From positions 1,407 through 65,406 of IMG/VR virus record IMGVR_UViG_3300031994_000097: a stretch of DNA of 64,000 bases, one strand, 5' to 3'. The notes beneath the pieces were generated by a model. It had not been told where the DNA came from, did not search any database, and was given only the letters and a program-made list of their open reading frames with translations. The position numbers and the translations under genes are program-made. Shown in pieces: positions 50,349 to 59,624 of this stretch; positions within the stretch are counted from its first letter, which is position 1; each line of letters begins with the position of its first letter. This DNA is from a virus (lineage: Duplodnaviria; Caudoviricetes).

Positions 50349-51651
50349 TAGGTTTTTCAGTATCAGAAATATTAACGAAGTCCGTACCGAAGAATCTGAT
50401 GAATTTTTCTTTGCTAGACTCTGTGTATTGTCAACTCAGCCGAATTCTCACAAGGTATTGATTACTAGAGATATTCTTATGAGAGATGGTAATTCTGTAC
50501 GTGGTAAATGGATTGTGGCTAATCCTAGAGATGGTGAATTCATGACTCATGATGAGAATGAGTTTATCGTAGGAATAGTGCCTACAGATGCTCGTATAGA
50601 TTATGTTGACGATGAGGACGGATATACTTATATGTATGTCGATGCTGTATTATCTAAAATATACGCTAAATCAATCTATGATATGTTTAAAAGCAGAAAC
50701 TTTAGAAATGTTAGTGTAGAAATGATGACAGCAGACAGAGAAACACTTGAAGATGGTTCGATACCTATTGATGGATTAAAAATTTATGGAATTACGATTT
50801 TAGGTAATTATATCAATGGTTCAAACCCAAGTGCGCATATGCAGATAGTTCAATTTTCTGATGTAAATGCAGAAAGTTACTATAAAACATTTTCCGAGAG
50901 TGAGTCTAATAATTCCGCTGATGACTCACAAAATAATAAGGAGTTTAATAACATGGAAGAAAAGACCAAAGCTATGTCCGAAGAGGAAAAGGAAATGGCA
51001 GAGGTTGAGCCAAAAGACGATGAAAAGGAAATGTCCGAACAGCCAAAAGAAGAAGTAGATATGGCTGAAAAAACAGACGATAAGAATACAGAGTCTAAAA
51101 CAGAGGACGATAAGTCTGACGAAAAAGAAATGGCTGAACCAACCGTAGACGATTCTAAAGAGGACGAAAAAGAAATGTCAGAAGATTCCGATAAGGATGA
51201 CGATGACAACGTAGCCGAGGAAGATGATGACAAGGATTTTGCTTGCCTTGATGGCGTAGAAAAAGATATGAGCGAAGAAGTTCGTAATGTTTTTGCGTGT
51301 GGCAAGGAATTTGCTGTAAAGTCTGTTCTTTCTATGGCAACAGAACTAAAAGAGCTGAGAAAGTTTAAAGCTGACGTTGAACAGAAAGAAAAGGAATTTG
51401 CTATTGACAATGTTATGGCAAATGTAAAGTCTGTTCTAACAGAAAAGGAATTCTCAGATTTTAGAGCAGAAGGATTAGCTTGCGATAATGTAGATGCATT
51501 TACTAATAAGGTAAAGGCTTTTGCATATGATAGAAAGCAGGAAAATTCTGAAACAGTTGATAATGGTGGTATTATGGAATTTGCTTGTCCTACTGAAAAG
51601 GTAGAGCACAAAGAACTGACCGCCGATGATATTTTTAACAGATATATTTAA
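50329..51651 (+). CDS. prohead protease fused to acidic scaffold
   Basis: NSH, THD, VSVEM, GITILG; acidic repeat C-half. Confidence 0.75.
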   Translation: MVKFLSNRFFSIRNINEVRTEESDEFFFARLCVLSTQPNSHKVLITRDILMRDGNSVRGKWIVANPRDGEFMTHDENEFIVGIVPTDARIDYVDDEDGYTYMYVDAVLSKIYAKSIYDMFKSRNFRNVSVEMMTADRETLEDGSIPIDGLKIYGITILGNYINGSNPSAHMQIVQFSDVNAESYYKTFSESESNNSADDSQNNKEFNNMEEKTKAMSEEEKEMAEVEPKDDEKEMSEQPKEEVDMAEKTDDKNTESKTEDDKSDEKEMAEPTVDDSKEDEKEMSEDSDKDDDDNVAEEDDDKDFACLDGVEKDMSEEVRNVFACGKEFAVKSVLSMATELKELRKFKADVEQKEKEFAIDNVMANVKSVLTEKEFSDFRAEGLACDNVDAFTNKVKAFAYDRKQENSETVDNGGIMEFACPTEKVEHKELTADDIFNRYI

Positions 51652-51672
51652 AAATAAGGAGATAATCGTATT

Positions 51673-52203
51673 ATGGCATACGGATTTTTGATTGAATCAC
51701 AGAAATTTGCCGCAAAGGACGTTGACGCACTCAATAGAAGTGCTGTAGCTGACGCTAACGTAGATGGTGGTGCTATTGTAACACTTGGCACTATCAATTC
51801 AGATGGTGTATTTGCGGCTACAAAGGCAACAGCAGGTGCAGGCGGTAATGTATGGATGGCTTACAATCCATCAGAACACTTTACATCTGCACACAACAAT
51901 ATGTATGCAGGTCTTACAGTAGACCCAAGAGAATACACAAACGTTGCAGGTAGAACACTTGACGTATTCAAGCCTCAGATTTCAGATATTATCATTCTTA
52001 CAGAGGGTAATATTAAGGCTGGAGAAACAGTTACAGCAGGTTCTTACCTTGAAATGGGTACAGACGGATATGAAGTACAGTCAAGTGCTACAGCATCTAC
52101 ATTCTCACTTAAAGTACTCGAAGTAGGTACACTTGCTTTCCCACAGGCAGGTATTGGTGATGAGTTTACTGAAAAGTACATTTGCGAAGTTGTATTCAAC
52201 TAA
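51673..52203 (+). CDS. head decoration/structural protein
   Basis: Between scaffold and capsid; AAGGAG RBS. Confidence 0.6.
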   Translation: MAYGFLIESQKFAAKDVDALNRSAVADANVDGGAIVTLGTINSDGVFAATKATAGAGGNVWMAYNPSEHFTSAHNNMYAGLTVDPREYTNVAGRTLDVFKPQISDIIILTEGNIKAGETVTAGSYLEMGTDGYEVQSSATASTFSLKVLEVGTLAFPQAGIGDEFTEKYICEVVFN

Positions 52204-52233
52204 TTTTTATAGTATAATAGGAGATAATAAACT

Positions 52234-53310
52234 ATGATAGAACTCAATAGCGTTAAGCTCTTTGCTGAACAGAATAAAGAGCTTTATACAGCATTTAAGG
52301 ATTACAGAGACCAGTGGCTCTCTGAGAATCGTGGAGTAAAGGGCAAGGCATTTTCAGCTAAGTCACTTGATGACAAGGCTAATGTTATCAATAAGCTCTT
52401 TGCAGAAGAACTTGAAAGAAAAGTACCTAGAGATGGTGTTGACCTTGCTCACTATGCAAATTCACCAATGGTTAAGTACTTTTCAGATGCAATCGTAGAT
52501 TCTATGATTGATATGGTAATCCCAGACGTACTTAACACATCAGTAGGTCTTATCGCTGATATTAAGTACCTTGACTATGGCGACAGTGCTAAGTTCGATA
52601 TGAAGAACAATGGTCTGTTCACAGTTGCTAAAGCAGGTTACAGACAGAGAAATACAATTGCACAGGCTAACTATGGTACAACAGTTACTCTTACACCAGA
52701 GAATCATGAGCTTACTGTAGTTACAAATATGTATGCTATCCTTGCAGACAGAGAAAAGCTCGCTGAGTATGTTATGAAAGCCGCTCTTTCTATCGAAGCA
52801 GAGATGCTTACAGATATTTGGGGCACATTTGAAACAGCCGCTAATGCATCTACAGTACCATCAGCTCTTAAAGTTACTAACTTTACTGAAACATCAGCAG
52901 TACAGCTTATTCAGAAGGTTGAGGCTTATAACAGAGCAGGAGCAGTACTTGTTGGTACAGAGCTTGCACTTGCTAAAATTCTCCCATCTAACCCTCAGTA
53001 CAGATATTTCTTGACTGATGAGATTTGGAAGCTCGGTCATGTACAGCAGTTTAGAAACAGAGATGTTATTCCTGTAAAGCAGATTGCAGATTACAAGTCA
53101 ACTAACTATGGTCTTGCTCTTAGTGATTCTTACATTTATGTAATGTCACCAGCAGTAGACAAGCCTATCAAGGTTGTTGTTGGTTCTACAATCGCAGACC
53201 ACACAGAGGACGGATTTTTCAATGCCAACCTCTCTGTTTCCCACACTCTCAACAAGGCTTGGGGTTCAGCTTGCATTACAAATGCAATACAGGGTGTTAT
53301 TACTGTTTAA
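52234..53310 (+). CDS. major capsid protein
   Basis: 358 aa, position, high-expression codon usage, followed by terminator-like hairpin. Confidence 0.8.
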   Translation: MIELNSVKLFAEQNKELYTAFKDYRDQWLSENRGVKGKAFSAKSLDDKANVINKLFAEELERKVPRDGVDLAHYANSPMVKYFSDAIVDSMIDMVIPDVLNTSVGLIADIKYLDYGDSAKFDMKNNGLFTVAKAGYRQRNTIAQANYGTTVTLTPENHELTVVTNMYAILADREKLAEYVMKAALSIEAEMLTDIWGTFETAANASTVPSALKVTNFTETSAVQLIQKVEAYNRAGAVLVGTELALAKILPSNPQYRYFLTDEIWKLGHVQQFRNRDVIPVKQIADYKSTNYGLALSDSYIYVMSPAVDKPIKVVVGSTIADHTEDGFFNANLSVSHTLNKAWGSACITNAIQGVITV

Positions 53311-53392
53311 TTTAATAACAAAACAAACAACAAGGGTGAGTTTAACGACTCATCCTTGTATTTAAAAATATCAGAAAACGGAGGAAATTAAA

Positions 53393-54073
53393 ATGGCAGG
53401 TAGACCAAAGAAATCAACTACTAAGACTACAGCAACAGAAGTAGAAGAAGTTGTTGTAGAAACAAAAGAAAAGGAAAAGGAAAACAATTCAGACGCTATT
53501 ATCGCCGAACTTATGCGACAGGTGCAGTCATTGACGGAAAAGCTCAATGAAAAAGAACAGTCTAAGACAGAAACAGTATCTAAAACACTTCCTACAAAGG
53601 TTAAGGTTATTTCACTAATCCCTAATCAGTATAATCTTTCAACTATGGAAGGTGGTAGTGGTAAAGTATTCAGTTTCCCAAAGATGGGTTCTACTGTAAT
53701 TATGAGAACATCAGAGCTTGAAGATGTACTATCAGTTTCAAAGTATCGTGAGCAGGCAGAGAATGGATATTTTTATATCTGTGACTCTGATGTAGTAGAG
53801 GAACTTGGACTCGATTACTCTAACATTTGTGATGATAAGATGATGAAAGATATCATATCACTGAAAGATGATAATTCGGTAAATCTGTTCTGTGGACTCT
53901 CAAATGAAGTAAAGCAGTCAGTGGCTACAAAAATGGCAGAAGATTTAGCAGATGGTAAGCGACTCGATAGAAATAGATTACATGACATTAAGAAGCTAAC
54001 AGATATTGATATTGAAAAGAAATCAGAAGAACTTATCGCTGTTAGAGAAGCAATGACAAAAGATAAAGAATAA
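53393..54073 (+). CDS. virion-operon protein (YonA-like position)
   Basis: GGAGG RBS; synteny. Confidence 0.6.
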   Translation: MAGRPKKSTTKTTATEVEEVVVETKEKEKENNSDAIIAELMRQVQSLTEKLNEKEQSKTETVSKTLPTKVKVISLIPNQYNLSTMEGGSGKVFSFPKMGSTVIMRTSELEDVLSVSKYREQAENGYFYICDSDVVEELGLDYSNICDDKMMKDIISLKDDNSVNLFCGLSNEVKQSVATKMAEDLADGKRLDRNRLHDIKKLTDIDIEKKSEELIAVREAMTKDKE

Positions 54074-54089
54074 GAAAGGTAGCTGAATA

Positions 54090-54587
54090 ATGGGTACAAG
54101 TTTTGAAGTCATATATGACAGATTTTTACTTATAATTGAGGATTATCGTTTGGATAACTTGGCTAAAACCAATTATTCAGCGTTCCTTAAATTTTTAAAA
54201 GGTTTATTGATTAACTCCATTGATTTATTCGATGGGGTTCTAACAGATTTATCATATTCAGAAATAGAGGAAACTCACACAGTAACTTTAGATAGTGGCG
54301 AAACTAAAGAAGTAACTACTACAACACCATATTTCAATAATACATTATCTAGCAAAGAGATTAGTATTTTAGCTATGATATGCGCTTATTGTTGGATGGA
54401 GCGACAAGTATTAGACGTAAGACAGTTTCAGTTACACTTAGATTCTAAGGCTTTTTCAGTTAAATCCGAACAAGCTAATCTAAAGCAAAAAGAAATTGTA
54501 CTTAACGATATGCGTGAGAAATATAAGCATGAAATTTCTGAATATCAGAATCAGAACATTGACAAATTGCCGTTCTTTGGAGGATAA
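54090..54587 (+). CDS. probable head-tail adaptor
   Basis: MGTSFEVIYDRFL..I.DY; FN..L...EI.ILA. Confidence 0.6.
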   Translation: MGTSFEVIYDRFLLIIEDYRLDNLAKTNYSAFLKFLKGLLINSIDLFDGVLTDLSYSEIEETHTVTLDSGETKEVTTTTPYFNNTLSSKEISILAMICAYCWMERQVLDVRQFQLHLDSKAFSVKSEQANLKQKEIVLNDMREKYKHEISEYQNQNIDKLPFFGG

Positions 54588-54590
54588 TGT

Positions 54591-55850
54591 ATGTTAGAAT
54601 ATTACAGTAATTATCTTTCAAATATTGCTCAAACTCCAAACGAATCATGGAGAGAAAGTCAGCAAGCAGTAATTAATCAGTTATTTGAAGATACGACTCT
54701 TGAAACTACTATAGAAGAAGAGAATATACCATTTGATTTTACTTTTCGTAAAATGGATGCTTGGGTAGATATTGTAACAGAAGCTACATTAAATGCAGAA
54801 AAGGATGACTCTGATTATAGAGCCATATACTTTAAAGATTGTGGTCATTTATCTATTCGTGGTAGATACTATCGTTTTTATGATAATTATTGGATTGTGT
54901 ATTCAGACCCTTGTATTGAAGAAGTAATGTCTATGCAAAAGGTTAGACGTTGTAACAATTGGCTTAAATGGGTGGATTCTAAAGGTGTATTACATGAATA
55001 TCCTTGTGTAGTAGATTATTCACTATCAAGTACAAACGCTCAGACAGCTAGATTGATACAGCAAGCTAACTCTCATGTTACTGTTATTGTACAAGGAAAT
55101 GCAGATACGTTATCTATATCTAAAAATACGAGATTCATTTTCAATGGGGTCGCGTATAGATTCTTTGCGATAAATAATTATATGCAGAACAACTATGTAG
55201 ATAAAGACACACCAATATTATTTTTCGACTTCTATGAGGATATGACTATAGACTCTGATAATTTAACTGATAATATAGCCGATGATACAAGAAAAGATTT
55301 TACACTCGTTAGTAACGTAACACAGATTAATAATGTAAATGGATATAGCGGTACTCTTGACGTTAAATTATATAATGGAGATACTGAAATATCAGACCCT
55401 AATTTAGTATATACATCATATGATACCGATGTTATCACGATTGATAATAATGGAAATTATACTATAGTAGGTAATGAAGGTGATACCGCAACTATATATG
55501 TTCAAGTAAAAAATAATAGTTTAGTATCATTAAATATATCCGTTACAGTCACATCTGATGAGTCCGAGGTTTATGAACTTGCTTCTAGTGGCGTAATACC
55601 TAGATTGATACAAGGTGATACAATATCTATTGTAGTAAATACCTATAAGAATGGCGAGATAGTAGAAGATACTATAACCTGTGTTCCGAGTTGGAGTGAC
55701 AACAATTATTATACATTATATCAGACAGCAGAAAACACATGGGAACTTACTAACGTAAGACCTAGTTCTAACACCTTAAATTTGACCTTTAATAGCTCGA
55801 ATTATGGGGTTGAATTAACTGAGTCGATTAAATTAGTGGCGATGTGGTAA
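54591..55850 (+). CDS. head closure/neck protein with Ig-like C-terminal domains
   Basis: RRCNNWLKWVD; YTSYDTDVITID.NG Ig pattern. Confidence 0.6.
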   Translation: MLEYYSNYLSNIAQTPNESWRESQQAVINQLFEDTTLETTIEEENIPFDFTFRKMDAWVDIVTEATLNAEKDDSDYRAIYFKDCGHLSIRGRYYRFYDNYWIVYSDPCIEEVMSMQKVRRCNNWLKWVDSKGVLHEYPCVVDYSLSSTNAQTARLIQQANSHVTVIVQGNADTLSISKNTRFIFNGVAYRFFAINNYMQNNYVDKDTPILFFDFYEDMTIDSDNLTDNIADDTRKDFTLVSNVTQINNVNGYSGTLDVKLYNGDTEISDPNLVYTSYDTDVITIDNNGNYTIVGNEGDTATIYVQVKNNSLVSLNISVTVTSDESEVYELASSGVIPRLIQGDTISIVVNTYKNGEIVEDTITCVPSWSDNNYYTLYQTAENTWELTNVRPSSNTLNLTFNSSNYGVELTESIKLVAMW

Positions 55851-55862
55851 AAGGAGTTTAAA

Positions 55863-56444
55863 ATGGCAAATACAGCGAAAAATAATACATTTAATTCTAT
55901 GCCACAGATACCGTATCAGATATTGACATATTTAATTGATAATAATGAGAATTTATTTAAGTTATTGAAATATAATTCTACCGATGCATTACAGAAAGAC
56001 GATTTAACAAAAAAGGAAAAAATCGCTTTATTATATACAGAGGTAGGTAAAGAGGATGATTATCATATATTCTTAAAGCCGTTAATAGGTGAAGAAATGA
56101 CCGATAGCGTAACTCAGCTTAGATTGTATAAGGCTCGAATTACTCCCACTACTAATCTAAAAGCTGTGTTAAATTATGAATTCGATATCGTTGTCGGTAC
56201 TAAAACAAATTTAGTATATGATGACAATGGTATTCCATGCTCTAGGTTAGATATGATAGAATCCGAAATTATAAATTCTCTTTGTGGAACAAGTATGTTT
56301 GGCGTAGGTGGATTTCAATTTAATCGAGAATTAAGTAATTTATGTGTTCAAAATACGGGATTAAGTAATAGTAAATCTTTCTTTGGTAGTTCATTTGTCT
56401 TAGCTTGCAATTGGGTTGAGGTAAGTGAAAATGGCTGTGAATGA
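55863..56444 (+). CDS. probable tail completion protein
   Basis: L.KLLKYN..DAL; RLDMI..EI; synteny. Confidence 0.5.
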   Translation: MANTAKNNTFNSMPQIPYQILTYLIDNNENLFKLLKYNSTDALQKDDLTKKEKIALLYTEVGKEDDYHIFLKPLIGEEMTDSVTQLRLYKARITPTTNLKAVLNYEFDIVVGTKTNLVYDDNGIPCSRLDMIESEIINSLCGTSMFGVGGFQFNRELSNLCVQNTGLSNSKSFFGSSFVLACNWVEVSENGCE

Positions 56445-57225
56445 ACAACTTATAAATTACTATAAAAAAATATATTACGCTAATGAATTACCTGTACCAT
56501 ATAAACTAAAATGTGGTATGGAAATCAATATACACCCAATTAAAGTTAAAGATTGGGAACTTTTTGAAAGCAGTTTGGGAATTTTAACTATGGATAAAAA
56601 TAAAATTCCCGACCCTAGTATAATTAGTATGAGTTATCTCGACTTTTTATACAAACTTATTTATGAAAAAACCGAAGGGATAGTTAATATGCTGTTAATA
56701 GTATTAAACTATTCTCTTGGTGAACAATATGAATATTCCATGAAAAAGCTAGATGGTAGGACTTTTTTAATAATAGATGATAAACAGAATCAGCAAATAG
56801 GCAAAATCTCATCTAAAGAATTTGATGAGATTTCTCAAATAATATTAACTTATAATTTAGTTAATTACGACAATCGGAAAATGTCAAGCGATATTCAACA
56901 ACTTATCAGTGATTATTATAAACTTCAAAATAATGGTAGGACACAAGAGCCTACTTTAGAAGAGAAGAAAGTTTATGTTATTATGAAGAGCGGAATCTCC
57001 ATACAACAATTAAACGAAATGTCTTATAGAATTTTCTCACAAGTCTATTCAACGGCTTTGGAATGTGATTTATATTTGTCAAACAAAATTATCCAATCTA
57101 GTCAAAAGTATGAAACTAAAGGTGAAATAATACACCCATTGCTTGAAAAGAAGATAGATATATTAGATAAAATCTTCAAGGATGCAGATAGTTTCATTAA
57201 AGATACAAAAGCTAAACTTGGATAA
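56425..57225 (+). CDS. virion-operon hypothetical protein
   Basis: MSYLDFL, FDEI..II...N; precedes tail tube. Confidence 0.6.
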   Translation: MKMAVNEQLINYYKKIYYANELPVPYKLKCGMEINIHPIKVKDWELFESSLGILTMDKNKIPDPSIISMSYLDFLYKLIYEKTEGIVNMLLIVLNYSLGEQYEYSMKKLDGRTFLIIDDKQNQQIGKISSKEFDEISQIILTYNLVNYDNRKMSSDIQQLISDYYKLQNNGRTQEPTLEEKKVYVIMKSGISIQQLNEMSYRIFSQVYSTALECDLYLSNKIIQSSQKYETKGEIIHPLLEKKIDILDKIFKDADSFIKDTKAKLG

Positions 57226-57266
57226 CATAAAGTATATTTAATTATAATAATAAGGAGAAATAAATA

Positions 57267-58328
57267 ATGGCATATGTAATGGCATCAGTCGGAACAGTAC
57301 AGCTTTTCGACCCATCAAATAATGCTCTTATAGTTACATCTAAAACCCTCTCAGAACAGAGTATGTCTTTTGCTGTAACGGCAGAAGAAGTAAGAGGTGG
57401 CACAGGAAATAGACTTTTAGCCAAGTACTATCACGATTCAGCGTTTTCACTTACTCTTACAGACCAGCTCTTTGACTTAGAGTATCTTGCTCTTAACTGT
57501 GGTGGTTCTATTACAGCAGGTTCAGACGTAATTACAAATGAGCAGATTACAATTACTACAGCTAATACAATTACAATTTCTCAGAGTGCAGTTAAGTTTA
57601 ATGGCTCTCTGATGTTGTGGTATAAGAAGTCAACAGACGATGATTCAGCTTATACAGCAGTAGTTATGGATTCAGCTACTACAGCTACAGTAAATGGTCT
57701 TGCAGTAGGTGACGTAGTTTGTGTTAAGTATTTTTATAATGCTGATTCAGCAAGAGAATTTACTATTTCATCAACATTTATTCCATCAACTGTATATGCA
57801 GTAATGACACTTCCACTTTACAAGAGTGGTACAACAGCTACAAGTTATTCAAGCTCTTCACAGGTTGGTGAAATCCAAATTCGCATACCAAATTTTCAGC
57901 TTGATGGAAATCAAGAATTTTCACTTACATCAAGTGGCGTATCAACATCTTCTCTGAATGGCTCTGCACTTGCAACATTTACAAGCGACGCAGGTTGTGA
58001 GAACAATGGCTATTATGCTATTATCTCAGAGATTATCTATGGTAAGTCACCTGTAGATAACATTGTAGCAATCGCTATCGAGAACTCAGACATTGACCTC
58101 GCTAGTGGAGAAACAGCTACACTTGTAGTATATGGTATCTACAATGATGGTACAACTCCAACAGTAATTGATAACTCACTGTTGACATTTACATCTGGTA
58201 CACAGTCTGTAGCTACAGTATCAACAAGTGGTGTAGTTACAGCAGTAGCTAGTGGTGAAGCTGTTATCGAAGCTGTAATTACTGATAAACCAACAATTTC
58301 AGCTAATGCAGTTGTAACAGTAGCTTAA
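57267..58328 (+). CDS. major tail tube protein with C-terminal Big_2 Ig domain
   Basis: EEVRGG.GN.L..YYH; FTS...SVATVS.SGVVTAV..G.AVI; terminator follows. Confidence 0.75.
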   Translation: MAYVMASVGTVQLFDPSNNALIVTSKTLSEQSMSFAVTAEEVRGGTGNRLLAKYYHDSAFSLTLTDQLFDLEYLALNCGGSITAGSDVITNEQITITTANTITISQSAVKFNGSLMLWYKKSTDDDSAYTAVVMDSATTATVNGLAVGDVVCVKYFYNADSAREFTISSTFIPSTVYAVMTLPLYKSGTTATSYSSSSQVGEIQIRIPNFQLDGNQEFSLTSSGVSTSSLNGSALATFTSDAGCENNGYYAIISEIIYGKSPVDNIVAIAIENSDIDLASGETATLVVYGIYNDGTTPTVIDNSLLTFTSGTQSVATVSTSGVVTAVASGEAVIEAVITDKPTISANAVVTVA

Positions 58329-58410
58329 TATAATAAATAAATAATAATAAAAGGGAGGACGGAAATAAATTCTTGTTACTCCCTTTTTTTGTTATTATAG
58401 GTGAAATAAA

Positions 58411-58833
58411 ATGTCGTGTCAACATGGATTTTATAAAAAAACAGAAACAAATAGACCGAAACTTTATTGTAAGATAACTAATGACCTATGTGTTTATTCT
58501 AAACTTTGTTTAAAAGTTAATAAATACATATACAACGATAAATCAGAGGAATGTATGATTAAGAAAGAAAATAATAAAAAATCAATCCCTAATGGTGCTT
58601 ATTATGTTCGATTTGTCAAGAACGGATATGCTTACGCTGAATTAGGAGATACAGTTGTCAAGGTAAAATGTGACGACCTCGATGGTATTATTAATTATAT
58701 TTACATTCAACAGAACAATGATGGTACGTATATAGGTTCTTTAACTCCTTTTGTGAGTAATAATGAAGCTAAGAAAATAACTAAAAAGAGAAAAAATAAA
58801 GTAGAAAACAACAATAGTGAGAACGAGGTTTAA
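58411..58833 (+). CDS. Cys-rich hypothetical protein
   Basis: AGGTG RBS. Confidence 0.65.
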   Translation: MSCQHGFYKKTETNRPKLYCKITNDLCVYSKLCLKVNKYIYNDKSEECMIKKENNKKSIPNGAYYVRFVKNGYAYAELGDTVVKVKCDDLDGIINYIYIQQNNDGTYIGSLTPFVSNNEAKKITKKRKNKVENNNSENEV

Positions 58834-59008
58834 TTAAACATATGGGCGTTTAATTAAATAACGCTCTTAATATGTGTTTCTATGGTTATCGTTGTACCTA
58901 TTTAAATCTAAGTTCGCATTATATAGTACAACGCAGTAACTAAGAATTTATATTATATAATGAATATAACAACTTAGATAATTTCTACTTCTTAATAACG
59001 GGAGAGAA

Positions 59009-59416
59009 ATGATGGTTGATGAAAATATAAGTATAGACGATTTAATACAGTTACGAAAAAGAATAGATAATATCGAACACCACGATATTTCTGATATTAA
59101 AGCCGACATTTCAGAAATTAAATCTGAATTGCGTGGAAATAAAGTTATAATTGAACAGAACACAAAGGTACTAGATAAACTATCAAATACACTTGACGAA
59201 ACAACTAAGACAATGGTGGAATTGAGTATGAACGTAAAGAATTCCAATTCAAATATTGATAAGCTCGAAAACAAAATAGATGCAGTTAGAAATAATCTTA
59301 AAGCTGTAGAAGAAAAATCTAAGTTCGATATAATGTCTTGGATTAGAGATAATTTCGTTAATGTAGTATTAACAATTGGTGTAATTAGTTATCTAGTAAC
59401 ACAAATAATTAAATAA
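59009..59416 (+). CDS. coiled-coil protein with C-terminal TM (XhlA/holin-like)
   Basis: Heptad repeats then FVNVVLTIGVISYLV. Confidence 0.55.
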   Translation: MMVDENISIDDLIQLRKRIDNIEHHDISDIKADISEIKSELRGNKVIIEQNTKVLDKLSNTLDETTKTMVELSMNVKNSNSNIDKLENKIDAVRNNLKAVEEKSKFDIMSWIRDNFVNVVLTIGVISYLVTQIIK

Positions 59417-59429
59417 TGAGGGCAATATT

Positions 59430-59603
59430 ATGATTAGGAATGGAGAAAACGCTCAGACACTCTTTGGAAAATCTACAGATACTAAACCTGTTAATGGTGT
59501 AAATGGAAATCTTTTTTATACAAAAGATGCTTATGTTGAAATAGACACAGGAGATGTTTATTTCTTTGATGAAGATACTAATTCATGGATTTTACCATCA
59601 TAA
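59430..59603 (+). CDS. 57-aa fibre-associated protein (not in ORF track)
   Basis: GKSTDTKP...EIDTGDVYFFDE..W; GAGG RBS. Confidence 0.7.
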   Translation: MIRNGENAQTLFGKSTDTKPVNGVNGNLFYTKDAYVEIDTGDVYFFDEDTNSWILPS

Positions 59604-59624
59604 TATAAGGAGGAACAATAGAAT

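Noticed and set aside
50880-51611. 243-aa Ser-rich antisense ORF
   Set aside because: Mirror of the acidic scaffold codons
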